A stretch of DNA of 64,000 nucleotides, taken from an uncultured bacterium (GTDB lineage: Bacteria > Acidobacteriota > Thermoanaerobaculia > Multivoradales > JAHZIX01). Both the position numbers and the translations under genes were made by a program. Below the pieces are notes generated by a model. That model was not told where the DNA came from, ran no database searches, and worked only from the letters and a program-made list of their open reading frames with translations. Positions 1 to 11,200 of this stretch are shown here, piece after piece; position 1 is the first letter of the stretch, and the number at the start of each line of letters is the position of its first letter. The stretch covers positions 64,001-128,000 of the forward strand of contig CBDUPA010000019.1 in the NCBI GenBank assembly GCA_965368975.1, written 5' to 3'.

Positions 1-2131
1 GAACGCCCTTCGGTCGGCCGGTCGAGCCGGAGGTGTAGAGCAGATAGGCTACGGCATCGTCAGGAACCGTATCGCCAGATACCACATCGCCAGGTACCGC
101 ATCGCCAGACAGCGCCGCAGCCCGCTCGATCAGGACCGCTGGCGCACCGTCCACCACGTCCAGCACAGACAGGCCGTTGGGCTCGGCCCCCGACAGGTTC
201 TCCAGTTCAGACAAGCGTCCCGCGGCCGGCCCACCGGTCACCAGGAAGCGCGGTCGGGCGTCCTGCAGCAGCGCTTCGAGCCGCGCCGCCGGATACGCCG
301 GATCGAGCGGCAGGTAGGCTCCACCGGCCGTCTGGATGGCGAGGATCGTCAGCGGCAGCTGGACCCTCCGGTCGAGCAGGACGGCGACCGGCACATCTGG
401 CCCGACGCCCTGCTGGCGCAGCTCTTTGGCGAGTGCATCTGCGCCCGCGACCAGCGCACCGTAGCTCAGGTGGCAGCGCCGACGTGGATCGAACACCGCG
501 ATGGCATCGGCTCGAGCCGCGACCTGCTCCCGCACGGCCTCGACGAAGCCCGAACAGCCACCATAGGCCGAGCAACGGGCCTGGCGCGCGGCGCCGCTCC
601 ACTCGTAGAGCACCTGTTGCCGCTTGGCCGGCGAGGGCGCCAGTAGCTCAGACAGCCGAGCACTCGGGTTCTCGACCGCGGCCAGGAGCAGCTCGCGCCA
701 GCGACGCATCAGGCGGCGCATCGAGGTGCGATCGAAGAGCTCGGAAGCGTATTCCAGGGAGCCGACGATGGCGCCGGCTTCCTCTTGCAGGCTGAGCGTC
801 AGCTCGAAGGCGGCGCTACCGTTGTCGGCCGGCAGCAGTTCGAGGCGCAGCCGCTCCACTTCGAGCCGCGTCGCGGGCAAGTTCTGCAGCACCAGCATGG
901 CCTGGAACAGCGGCGTGCGACTGAGGTCGCGGCGCGGTTGCAGCGCCTCGACCAGGCGCTCGAACGGCAACTCCTGGTGGGCGTAGGCGTCGAGGGTCGT
1001 ACGCCGGACTCGGTGCAGTAGCTGCTGGAAGGTCGGATCGCCGTGCAGATCGCCGCGCAACACCAGGGTATTGACGAAGCAGCCGATCAGCGGCTCGCTC
1101 CAGGGCTGGTCGCGGCCGGCGATCGGTGACCCGAGCAGCAGGTGCTGCTGGCCAGCAAAATGCCCCAGGGCGGCCTGAAACGCCGCCAGCAGCACCATGA
1201 ACAGGGTCCCTTCGCTCTGCCGTGCCAGCTGGTGCAAGCCGTCACCGAGGCCTTCCGGCAAGGCCACCGGCAGCTGCGCCCCGCGCAGATCGGTCAGCCG
1301 CGGTCGCGGTCGGTCGGACGGCAGGTCCAGCGTCGTCGGCACGCCCGCCAGGACGGTACGCCAGTGATCGAGCTCCGCTTCCAGCAAGTCGCCATCGAGC
1401 CGCTCGCGCTGCCAGTGTGCAAAGTCAGCGTATTGCAGAGGCAGCGGCGCCGGCTCGGTGCCGGCATAGGCCGCCCCGAGCTCGCGCAGCAGCAGTCCGA
1501 GCGACCAACCATCGCCCGCGATGTGGTGCAGGCAGAGCAAGAGTCCGTGCTGCGCGACCCCATCTCCAGAGACGGCCCCGGAGACGGCTTCGGGAGCCGT
1601 GAGGCGCACCAGCAAGGCCCGCAGCAAGACGCCCGAAGTGAGATCGAAGGAGCCCGCGGACTGGCGCCGGATCAGCTCCGGCAGCAGCCGCTGTGCCCGT
1701 GGCAGGTCCAGGCCACCGAGGTCGACCACCGGCAGGGCTGGAAGTCCGGGCGGCACGATCTCCTGCATCGGTTCGGCCACACCCGCGACCGTGACCAGAC
1801 GGAAGCTCGTGCGCAGCGCTTCGTGCCGTCGAACCACGGCCGCCACGGCGTCGCGCAGTCGTCGAGGATCCAGGTCTCCGTGCAGGTGCACGGCGCACGG
1901 CAAGTTGTACGCCGCCTGCCCCGGGCTCAGCTGTTCGAGGAACCAGAGTCGCTGCTGGGCAAAGGAGAGACGCGCCGGTGCCTGCGGATCCGGGCGGCGA
2001 GGCGGTGGTTCGGCGGTCGAAGGCCGGATGCCCTCGGCGGCCAGGAGTTCCTCGAACTCCTCCAACTGCTCCGCCGACAGATCATCGACATCCAACAAGT
2101 CTTCAAAGTCGGCAACGTCGTCAAACCTCAT
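1..2131 (-). CDS. NRPS, 5' part (acidic N-terminal leader, C domain, start of A domain); truncated by the window's left edge
   Basis: Not in the ORF track because it has no stop inside the window. Manual translation from ATG 2131 (in-frame TGA just upstream at 2135-2137) gives MRFDDVADFEDLLDVDDLSAEQLEEFEELLAAEG...RLSFAQQRLWFLEQL (C1 motif) and LCLHHIAGDGWS (~1505-1535). The A3 motif AYLLYTSGSTGRPKGV at ~2-49 is in the same frame. Confidence 0.93.
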   Translation of the reverse strand, partial: MRFDDVADFEDLLDVDDLSAEQLEEFEELLAAEGIRPSTAEPPPRRPDPQAPARLSFAQQRLWFLEQLSPGQAAYNLPCAVHLHGDLDPRRLRDAVAAVVRRHEALRTSFRLVTVAGVAEPMQEIVPPGLPALPVVDLGGLDLPRAQRLLPELIRRQSAGSFDLTSGVLLRALLVRLTAPEAVSGAVSGDGVAQHGLLLCLHHIAGDGWSLGLLLRELGAAYAGTEPAPLPLQYADFAHWQRERLDGDLLEAELDHWRTVLAGVPTTLDLPSDRPRPRLTDLRGAQLPVALPEGLGDGLHQLARQSEGTLFMVLLAAFQAALGHFAGQQHLLLGSPIAGRDQPWSEPLIGCFVNTLVLRGDLHGDPTFQQLLHRVRRTTLDAYAHQELPFERLVEALQPRRDLSRTPLFQAMLVLQNLPATRLEVERLRLELLPADNGSAAFELTLSLQEEAGAIVGSLEYASELFDRTSMRRLMRRWRELLLAAVENPSARLSELLAPSPAKRQQVLYEWSGAARQARCSAYGGCSGFVEAVREQVAARADAIAVFDPRRRCHLSYGALVAGADALAKELRQQGVGPDVPVAVLLDRRVQLPLTILAIQTAGGAYLPLDPAYPAARLEALLQDARPRFLVTGGPAAGRLSELENLSGAEPNGLSVLDVVDGAPAVLIERAAALSGDAVPGDVVSGDTVPDDAVAYLLYTSGSTGRPKGV
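71..110 (-). repeat. In-frame 15-bp tandem repeat (~2.7 copies) just before the A3 motif
   Basis: Plus strand atcgccagataccac / atcgccaggtaccgc / atcgccagac. Confidence 0.75.
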
Positions 2132-2221
2132 CTCTCAGCGCCTCGTCCTAGGAAATTCATCGAAACGGTCCACTCCTCACAACGCCGTGGACACGAGATC
2201 ATTCCGTCACTTCACTCTTGA

Positions 2222-5200
2222 TCATTCCGTCTCTTCGCTCTTGCGACTCACCCGCTGCAGCGCCCGCGCGATGACCTCTGCCTGCCCCGGCCGTGACTCG
2301 TGGGCGATGACAGCTTTGGCCAGTTCACCGACAGTCGGCCGCGCCAGCTCGAAGAAGGCTGGCAGCGGGAACTCGACGCGGAAAGTGCGGCGGACGCGAC
2401 TGACGATCCGCGTCGCCAGCAGCGAGTGACCGCCCAGATCGAAGAAGTCGTCGTCGACTCCGACCCGCTCGACGCCCAGCACACGCCGCCAGATCCCGCA
2501 CAGCACCGCTTCTACTGCTGTACGTGGTGCGACGAAGAGAGTTCCCGTGGCCGTTCCGTCCGGTTGCGGCAGCGCGCGGCGGTCGAGCTTGCCATTGGCA
2601 TTCACCGGCAGCTCTGCCAGGCGGACGAACGCAGACGGTACCATGTAGCTCGGCAGCCGCTGCAACAGGAACATTCGCAACTCGCTGGAGATGTCGACCA
2701 AGGAAGTGCCAGCTGCAGCCACATCAGCCTCCGTATCCCCCACCGGGACGACATAGGCCAGCAAGCGCTGGCCACCGGTCGCGGCCAGGGTCGGGTCAGC
2801 AGCCGCGACCACCGCCGCTTGGCGCACGTCGGGGTGGCTTTCCAGCACGGCCTGCACTTCGCCCGGCTCGACGCGGAAACCACGGATCTTGACCTGGAAG
2901 TCGGCGCGATCCAGGTATTCGATCTCGCCGTCCACGCGCCAGCGCGCCAGGTCACCACTGCGGTACAGACGCGCACCGGCGGCGGCCACGCGGCCGGCGA
3001 GTGGATGCGGCCGGAAGCGGTCCGCGGTCAAGGCCGCGCGTGCCAGGTAGCCCCGCGCCAGGCAATCGCCCCCGATCCACAGCTCGCCCGTCGTGCCCAG
3101 CGCCACGGGGTACAAGTCCGATCCGAGGATCTGGATCTGCGTGTTGGGCAAGGGTACACCGATCGGTGGTCGTGCCGGCCACTGCTCGGGCTCTCTCTGG
3201 GACTCGGGCTGGCCGGGGCCGCGCCGGAAGTAGCGCGCGGTGACCACGTGGCTCTCCGACGGACCGTAGTAGTTGCCCAGAACCAGCTCCGGACGCTGCT
3301 CGAACAGCCGGCGTACCAGCGGCGTTACGTGCTGCTGCTCCCCAGCGGTGATCAGCGCGCTGAGCGACGACGCCGGCCAGCGCCCCTCCGCCGCTTCCTC
3401 CGCGAGCTGCTGCAGCAAGACGACCGGTACCAGCGCCTTGTCGACCCGCTGGCGCTCCAGGTAGTCGGTGACCTTCGGCACATCGCGGCGCGCCGCATCG
3501 TCCAGGAAGCACAGCGTGCCGCCAGTGACCCAGGCCAGGAAGGTCTCGTTGTAGCAGGCGTCGAAGCCGACCGGCGAGAAGCCGAACACGCGCGGGCGAT
3601 CCCCAGTGTGCCAGGCCGCCTGGTCCCAGGCCACCAGGTTGCTCATCGCCCGGTGGCTGAGCTGGACGCCCTTGGGCCGGCCGGTCGAGCCGGAGGTGTA
3701 GATGACGTAGAACAGGTGGTCGGGATGCAGTTCGGGCGGCGGCAGAAGGGCCTTTCGGCCTCCTTGCTGCCGACCCGTTTCGGGCACGGGTACTGCAGCC
3801 GTCACGCGATCGAGCGTATCGAGTTCCACAACTTGTAGGTGCGGCAGCGCCGCGAAGCGGGACCGTAGTGACGAATTCCCTTCCGTATTGAGCACCAAGA
3901 GCCTGGCACCGCTGTCCTGCAGTTGGAACTCGAGCCTTTCCGGCGGAACCTCTGGGTCCAGCGGTACGCACGTGGCGCCCGCGAGCAAGACGCCGAGCAT
4001 GGACACCAGGAGTCCCGTCGAACGCGGCAGGCAGAACGCTACCGGCACGTCCGGCCCGGCGCCGAGGGCCCGCAGCTGGTAGGCGAGATCCTCGGCGCGA
4101 GCTCGCAGCTGCCCGTAGCTCAGCTGGCGCTCCGTGTGCGAGCCTACCGTCAGCGCCAGTGCGTCCGGGGTGCGCGCGGCCTGGGCGAGCCAGGCGGCGG
4201 GCAGCAAGCGCCGCTCCGGCGCCAGCTCGAGCCGGGTGTCGTTGCGCTCGACCACCAGCAGCTGACGCTCGGCCGGACTGAGCCGCGGCAGGTCGCCCAG
4301 CTGTTCTGCCGACACATCCGGACCCGACAAACCCTCCAACAAGCGTTGCAGCTGGCCGAGCAAACGCAGCGCGGTCGTGGCGTCAAAACGTTCCGGATCG
4401 TAGAGCAAGCGCAGGCTGAGCCGGTCGCCCGGCGCCGCCACCAAGGTCAGCGGGTAGTTCGTCTGCTCCGCCATCTCGACCCCGCGCAGGCCCAGCCCAC
4501 CCCCGGCAGCGGACGCGCTCGCGCCGACCGGGAAGTTCTCGTACACCAGGATGCTGTCGAACAAGGGCTGCCCCGGCGGCACGCCACTCCAGGCTTGCAG
4601 CTGCGCCAGCGGGCTGTACTCGAAGCGGCGCAGGGCCGCCAATTCCTCGTGCAGCGCGCGCAACCAGTCCGCCGTCTTGGCGCTGGGCGACACCTGCCGA
4701 CGGACTGGCAAGATGTTGATGAACAGCCCCACCGTCTCCTGCAGACCCGGCAACGGCGCCGAGCGTCCTGCCGTGATGGCGCCGAAGACGACTTCCGTCT
4801 CACTGTCGCCTCCAGTGCTTCCGCCACGCGCGCCGCGCTGTCCCCACAACGTCTGGGCCAGCAACAAGGCCCAGGCTCCCTGCAACAGCGAGTTGGTGGT
4901 GATGCGCAACTGGCGGGCGCGCGCCTCGAGATCTTCGCTCAGCTGCGGCGTCAGGAAGCTGCGGTGCTCGTGCTGCGAACCACCCGTGCTGCCCTCACGC
5001 GCCGGACGATCGGCCGGCAGTGGCGTCGGCGCGGCGATGTCGGCCAGGCGCGATCGCCAGAACTCCTCGGCCTCGCCCGACGCCAGGCGCGGTTGCAACC
5101 AGGCGACGAAGTCGCGGAAGCGACCGGCAGGCGGCGCGATCTCGACGCGCTGCCGCTGACGGGCGGCGCGATAGAACTCGAACAACTCGCGCAGCAGGAT

Positions 5201-8200
5201 CGGCGTCGACCAGCCGTCGAGCAACGCATGGTGGTAGCTCCAGATCAGGGCTCGCTCCCCGGCCCCCAAGCGCAGCAGGGCGAGCCGGAACAGCGGGGCG
5301 GCGGGCAGACGGAACGCGCGCAGACGGTCGGCCACCAGCAGACGATCGAGGGCACGGCGCTGGTCGACGGGTGGTAGGTCACTCCAGTCGCTCACCGTCC
5401 AGGGCAGGGCCACGGCCTCCGCGGGCAGGACGACCTGCAGAGGTTCGTCGAACTGCAGCCAGAAGGCCGTGCGCAGGGCCGGGTGGCGTTCGAGCAGGCG
5501 GCCCCAGGCGGAATACAGGGCCCGCTCGTCGAGGGTCGAACCCGCAGCGCCCTCACCGCCAAAGCGCAGCACCAACTGCTGCACGTAGACGCCGGAGCGC
5601 GGCGCGCGCAGACTGTGGAACAGCATGCCTTGCTGCATCGGCGTCGCCGGGTAGAGATCCTCCAGGCGTCCACCGACGACCGTCACAAGTTCGTCCAGCT
5701 CGGTCGCTCGCAACACGGCGAGCGGGAAGTCCGAAGGCGTATAGCCTCCAGCGTCCGGTTGCAGGCAGTGCGCGACCAGACCATGTAGATGCTCGGCGAA
5801 GGAAGCCGCCACGCGCTCGAGCACATCCTGCGCACCGCGTCGGCGGTCGTAGCGCAAGCGTAGTTGCAGGCGCGGCTGCTGCATTGGCTGCTGTTCTGGC
5901 CCCTCAGCCGCGCCGGCGACGACCTGGGCGTCGACCATCAGCGCGTGACTGCGGCGCAGCCTGGGACTGGCATCGGGGCCGGCCGACTCGGCCGCGGCAC
6001 GCCACGGCGCTTCACCCTCTGCCGCCACGCCGCCGCCGCGGTGCAACTGGCCGAGGTAGTTGAACAGCACCTCCGGCTGCCGTACTGATGGGGGCAACGA
6101 CGGGGCCATCGACGCCAGCCGCTCGCGCACCAGGCCGAAGGCGAGCCCGCCGGCCGGCAGCGTCCGCAGCTGTTCCTTGATCGCCTTGAGTGCGGCTCCC
6201 AGGTCGAGTCCCGCCTCTCCTGCCGGGCCACGCGCAGCACCCAGGTCGAGCAAGACGGGATAGAGCGAGGTCAACCAACCCACCGTGCGGCTGAGATCTG
6301 GAGCCGCAGCCTCGTCGGCGCGCAGGGAAGTCAAGGCTTCGGCGTCACGACCGTGCCCTTCGAGGTCCAGCCACAGGCGATCTTCCCCGCTCCACTCGGC
6401 GCAGGCCAAGGTCAAGGCGGTGAGCAAGATCTCATCGACGCGCATGCGGTAGGCGGCACCGGCGCGCTGCAGCAGGTCACGGGTGGTCGCGCCATCCAGT
6501 TCGACGCTCACCGACGCCTCGTCGGCGCGGATTCCGTTCTCAGTCGGGGCATCGCCGCTCTGGGCCAGGGGTAGTGGCGGTGGCAACCGCTTGTGCAGCC
6601 GGCGCCAGTAACTCGCCACCGCTGCTAGCGGTTCAGCTGCATCGAAGCTCTGCAACCACTCGGACCAGGCACGGAAGCTGGTACCGACCCCCGCAACCGC
6701 GGCGAGCGGATCGCGTCCGGCGCGCACCGCCGTCAACACCGTCGCCAGGTCCTGCAGCAGGATGCGCCAGGAGACGCCGTCGACCACCAGGTGGTGGGCG
6801 CCCAACCACAGGCGTTGCTCGCGCCCACCGAGACGGATCAGCACCGCGCGCAGCAGCGGGCCGCGCGTCAGGTCGAAACTTCGCTGGAGGCAGGTGGTCA
6901 GCTGCTCCACTGCCGCGGGCTCCGGCATGCGCCCAAGATCGACCACGGCCCCGGCCGACGACGCCAGGTGCGACGCTCGCTGCGCCGACGCCAGCACCGG
7001 CCGCCAGGCTCCGTCGACCGCCCCGTCCAGCACCTCGAGCCGCAGCCGTAGCGCGTCGTGACGCTCGAACAGCACGCGCAGGACGGTGAACAACTCCGGT
7101 GCCGCCAAGGGCTGCGCCGGCTGCAGCAGGAGCGCCTGGTTGAAGTGGTGCCCGGGGTGCTCCGGTCGTTCCAGGTGCAGCTCCTGGCCACCCTGGCGCA
7201 GATGATCCAGGAACCAGGCCTGGATCGGCGTCGGCGGCACTGGACCAGCGGCCGAGGCACTGTGCACCAGCTCGACCTCGTCCAGGCCGACCGCGGCGGC
7301 GGCCTGGGCGGCGATCGTGGGATGCTCGAACAGCTGAGCCGGCGTCAGGCCGAGCCCGGCGGACCGCGCGCGTGCCACGACCTGCAGCGCCAGGATCGAG
7401 TCCCCGCCCTGGGCGAAGAAGTCGTCGTGGATGCCGAACGGCCCCGCTCCGAGCACTTCCTGCCAGATCGTCGCCAGTGCGCTTTCCCGGTCGTTCGATG
7501 GCGCCGCCTCCCCTTGTACCTCACTTGCTTGCACCCCAGGAGCCGGCAGCGCCTTGCGGTCGACCTTGCCGTTGGGCAGCAGGGGCAGTTCCGGCAGCCG
7601 CACCCACAGCGCCGGCACCATGTAGTCCGGTAGACGGGTGCCCAACTGCGCGCGCAGGTCGGCGACCCACTCGCTCTCGGAAGCCGGCGGCGCGTCCGTC
7701 GCCACGTAAGCCACTAGGCGCGCGGGGCTGTCGGCAGCCTGCGCCGGTCGCCAGGCGGTCACGACGATGTCGCGCACCGTCACGTCGCCCACAGGTGCCA
7801 GAGTCGCCAGAGCGGCCTCGATCTCACCGAGCTCGATGCGCAGGCCGCGGATCTTGACCTGGTGGTCGAGGCGACCCAGGAACTCGATCTCACCGTCGGC
7901 CAGGGTGCGCGCCAGGTCGCCGGTGCGGTACAAGCGTCCGCGGTATTGCTTGTGCGTGCCCTCCGGCACGCGATTTCCCTGGTGCGTACCGTCCGGTACG
8001 AACGAAGAAGCCGTGCGGGCCGGGCGGCCGAGGTAGCCGCGAGCCAGCTGGACGCCACCGATGTGCAGCTCGCCAGCGACGCCGATCGGCACCGGAGCGC
8101 CACGGCGATCGAGCAGCAGGATGCGGGTGTTCGCGACCGGCCGGCCGATGGCGGCCGAGCTGCCCGTCTCGTCAAGGCGGCAGGGATGGTGCGTGACGTC

Positions 8201-11200
8201 CACGGCCGCCTCGGTCGGTCCATACAGGTTGTACAGCCCCGCGCCAGGTCGGCGCTCGAGCAGGCGCCGCGCGAGCGCCGCCGGCAGCGCTTCACCACTG
8301 GCCACCACGCGGCGCAGGGAGGTGCACAGTTGCAGGCCGGGTTCTTCGACGAAGACCTGCAACATCGACGGCACGAAGTGCAGCGTGGTCACCGCCTGGC
8401 GCACGATCAAGCGAGCCAGGTAGCCGGGGTCCTTGTGACCCGCCGGCTTGGCCAGGACCAGTCGCACGCCTTCGAGCAGCGGCCAGAAGAACTCCCATAC
8501 CGAGACGTCGAAGCTGGCCGGCGTCTTCTGCAACACCACGTCACCTGCCGCCAGGCCGTACTGCTGCTGCATCCAGTGCAGGCGGTTGCAGATGGCACGA
8601 TGGCTGTTCATGGCGCCCTTGGGCTTGCCGGTCGAGCCGGAGGTGTAGATGACGTAGGCGAGATTCTCCGGGCGCCTATCGGCCAGGCTCGTCGAAGCGG
8701 TTTGGCTCGTCGAAGCAGTGGGTACATGCAGCGAGCCGTCGCCGTGTAACTCGACGATCACCCCTCCCGCCGTGACAGCAGCGGACTCGACCGCCGGTGC
8801 CAGCCCCGGTGCGGTCACCAATAGCCCTCTATCTTCGTTCGCAGCGGCGCTCCAGGCATCTCCGAGCATGAAGGTCAACCGTTCGCTTGGATAGTCGGGG
8901 TCCAGCGGCACGTAGGCCGCACCAGAACGGAGGATGCCGAGCAGCGCCACCACCAGTTCCAGCGAGCGCGGCATGCAGACGGCGATCACGGACTCAGGAC
9001 CGGCACCCTGCTCTCGCAGGCACTCTGCCAGCGTCTCGGCTCGGCTGAGCAATTCGTCGTAGCTCAACCAGTGCTGACCGCACTGGACCGCGATCGCTTG
9101 CGGCCACTGCCCAGCCCGGGCGCCAATGCGCGCATCCAGCACGGCCGGTTCGCTGACCGGCACTGGCGGATGGGCTGGCGGCAGTTCTGCCGGCAACAGT
9201 GCAGGTGTCTCGTTCCACTCGCGCAGCACCTGCTGTTCCTGCGCCACGGACAGCCAGGGCAAGTCCGCCAGCGGCACCTGCGGCTGCGCCACGCCGGCAG
9301 CCAGCAAACGTTGCCAGGCAGCCATCCAGCGACGCACGGTGGTGGCGTCGAAGAGTGCCAGGCTCCAATCGGCGATGGCTCGGTAGGTGCCTGCTCCGGC
9401 GGGCTCGACGGTCAGCGACAGGTCGAAGCGTGCCTGCGCGGTCTCGACCTCCAGCGGTCGCACCGCCAGCCCGGGCAAGCTCAGGTGCACCGGCGGCACG
9501 TTCTGCAACACGAAGAGCACCTGAAACAACGGTGTCCGGCTGCGATCACGACGCGGTTGCAGCGCCGCGACGAGCTGTTCGAAGGGCAGGTCTTGGCGCT
9601 CCTGCGCGGCTAGCGTCTCGTCGCGCACCCGCGTGACCAGTTGACCGAAACCGTCCGCGGCCGCCAGGTCGCTGCGCAGCACCAGCGTGTTGACAAAGCA
9701 GCCCTGGAGCGTCTCCAGTTCGGGCCGCGGACGACCAGCGACCGGCGTGCCCACCGCCACATCGGCGCGCGCGGCGAGGCGGCCGAGCAGGAGCTGGAAG
9801 CCGGCGAGCAGGGTCATGAACAGCGTGCTGCCACGGCTGCCGGCAAACGCCTCCAGACTTTGCGTCAGCGACGCCGGCAGCGGCAGGGCCAGGCGTCCAC
9901 CGGTGAAGCTCTGCTGCGCCGGCCGCGGTCGGTCGCTCGGCAGGTCCAGCGGTTCCAGGCCCCTCAGCTGCTGGCGCCACCAGTCGAGCTGCGCTGCCGC
10001 GCCGCCGGCGTCGAACCAGGCACGCTGCCACGCCGCATAATCGGCGTATTGCAGACTTTCCTCGGCAGGCGCCGAGGCAGCCGGCTGAGCAACCTGCCCA
10101 CCAAGCTGACGGCTGTGCTGCCGCTGGTATTCCTCCACCACCTCGCGCACCAGCAAGCCGACGGACCAGCCGTCGGTCACCGCGTGGTGCAGCACCAACA
10201 ACAAGGTGTGCGTTGCCGGCTCCTGGCGCACCAGCAACCAGCGGTGCAGCGGTGCGCGCCGCAAGTCGAAGGGTCGCGCGCCGGCCAGCTGTGCCAGGCG
10301 TCGTGCTTCAGCCGAGCGTCGCGACGGCGCCAGGTGGTGCAGGTCCAGGCACGGAACCGAAACGCCCGTGGCGGCCGGGGCGATGACCTGCCGCAGCCTT
10401 CCCTCCTCGTCGGCGTCGAGGTGGCTGTGCAACACTTCGTGCCGGGCCACCACCGCACGCACCGCCCGATTCAGGAGAGCGCCATGCAGAAGGGCACGAT
10501 TCAAGACGGCACCCTTCGAGCCCGCCTCGTCTTCCGACGTGGACTCCAACCTGCTGGCGAACACCACGTTGTAGGCGGCGCGCCCGTCCAGTGCCCCTTC
10601 AGGCTGGCCAGCTTGCACTTGCCGTGCCTCCAAGGGCCCGTCAGGCAGGGGAGCGAGCAAGCGATCGAGCACCCAGAAGCGCTGCTGCGCGAACGAGGCC
10701 GGCAGTACCTGGTCGCGGGAGATACGGCGTAGCGGCGGCCCCACCGAGGTGCGCCCCGAAGCCTCCTCTGAGACGGAACCCGCCTCGCGTAGACGCTGCG
10801 CCAGGGCCGCGACGGTGCCGGCCCGGAAGATGTCCCCCAAGCGCAGCGACACTTCGGCTCCGACCCCGGACTCCGACGCCATATCGCGACGCAGGCGGCC
10901 GAGCAGGCGCGTGGCGAGCAGGGAGTGGCCACCGAGGGCGAAGAAGTCGGCGTCACGGCCGCTCACCGGCACTTCGAGCAACTCGCTGAACAGCGCCGCC
11001 AAGCGCGTTTCCAGCTCGTCGCGCGGCGGCCCACCGGCGTCCGCACCGCCGGTGCCGGCGGCCAGCAGGTCGCTGTCCGGCGCGGGCAGCGCCTTGCGGT
11101 CGACCTTGCCGCTGGTGTTGAGCGGCAGGGCGTCGAGCTGCACGAAGGCGGCGGGGATCATGTAGTCGGGCAGGGTGTCCGCTAGCCGCTGGCGCAGGTC

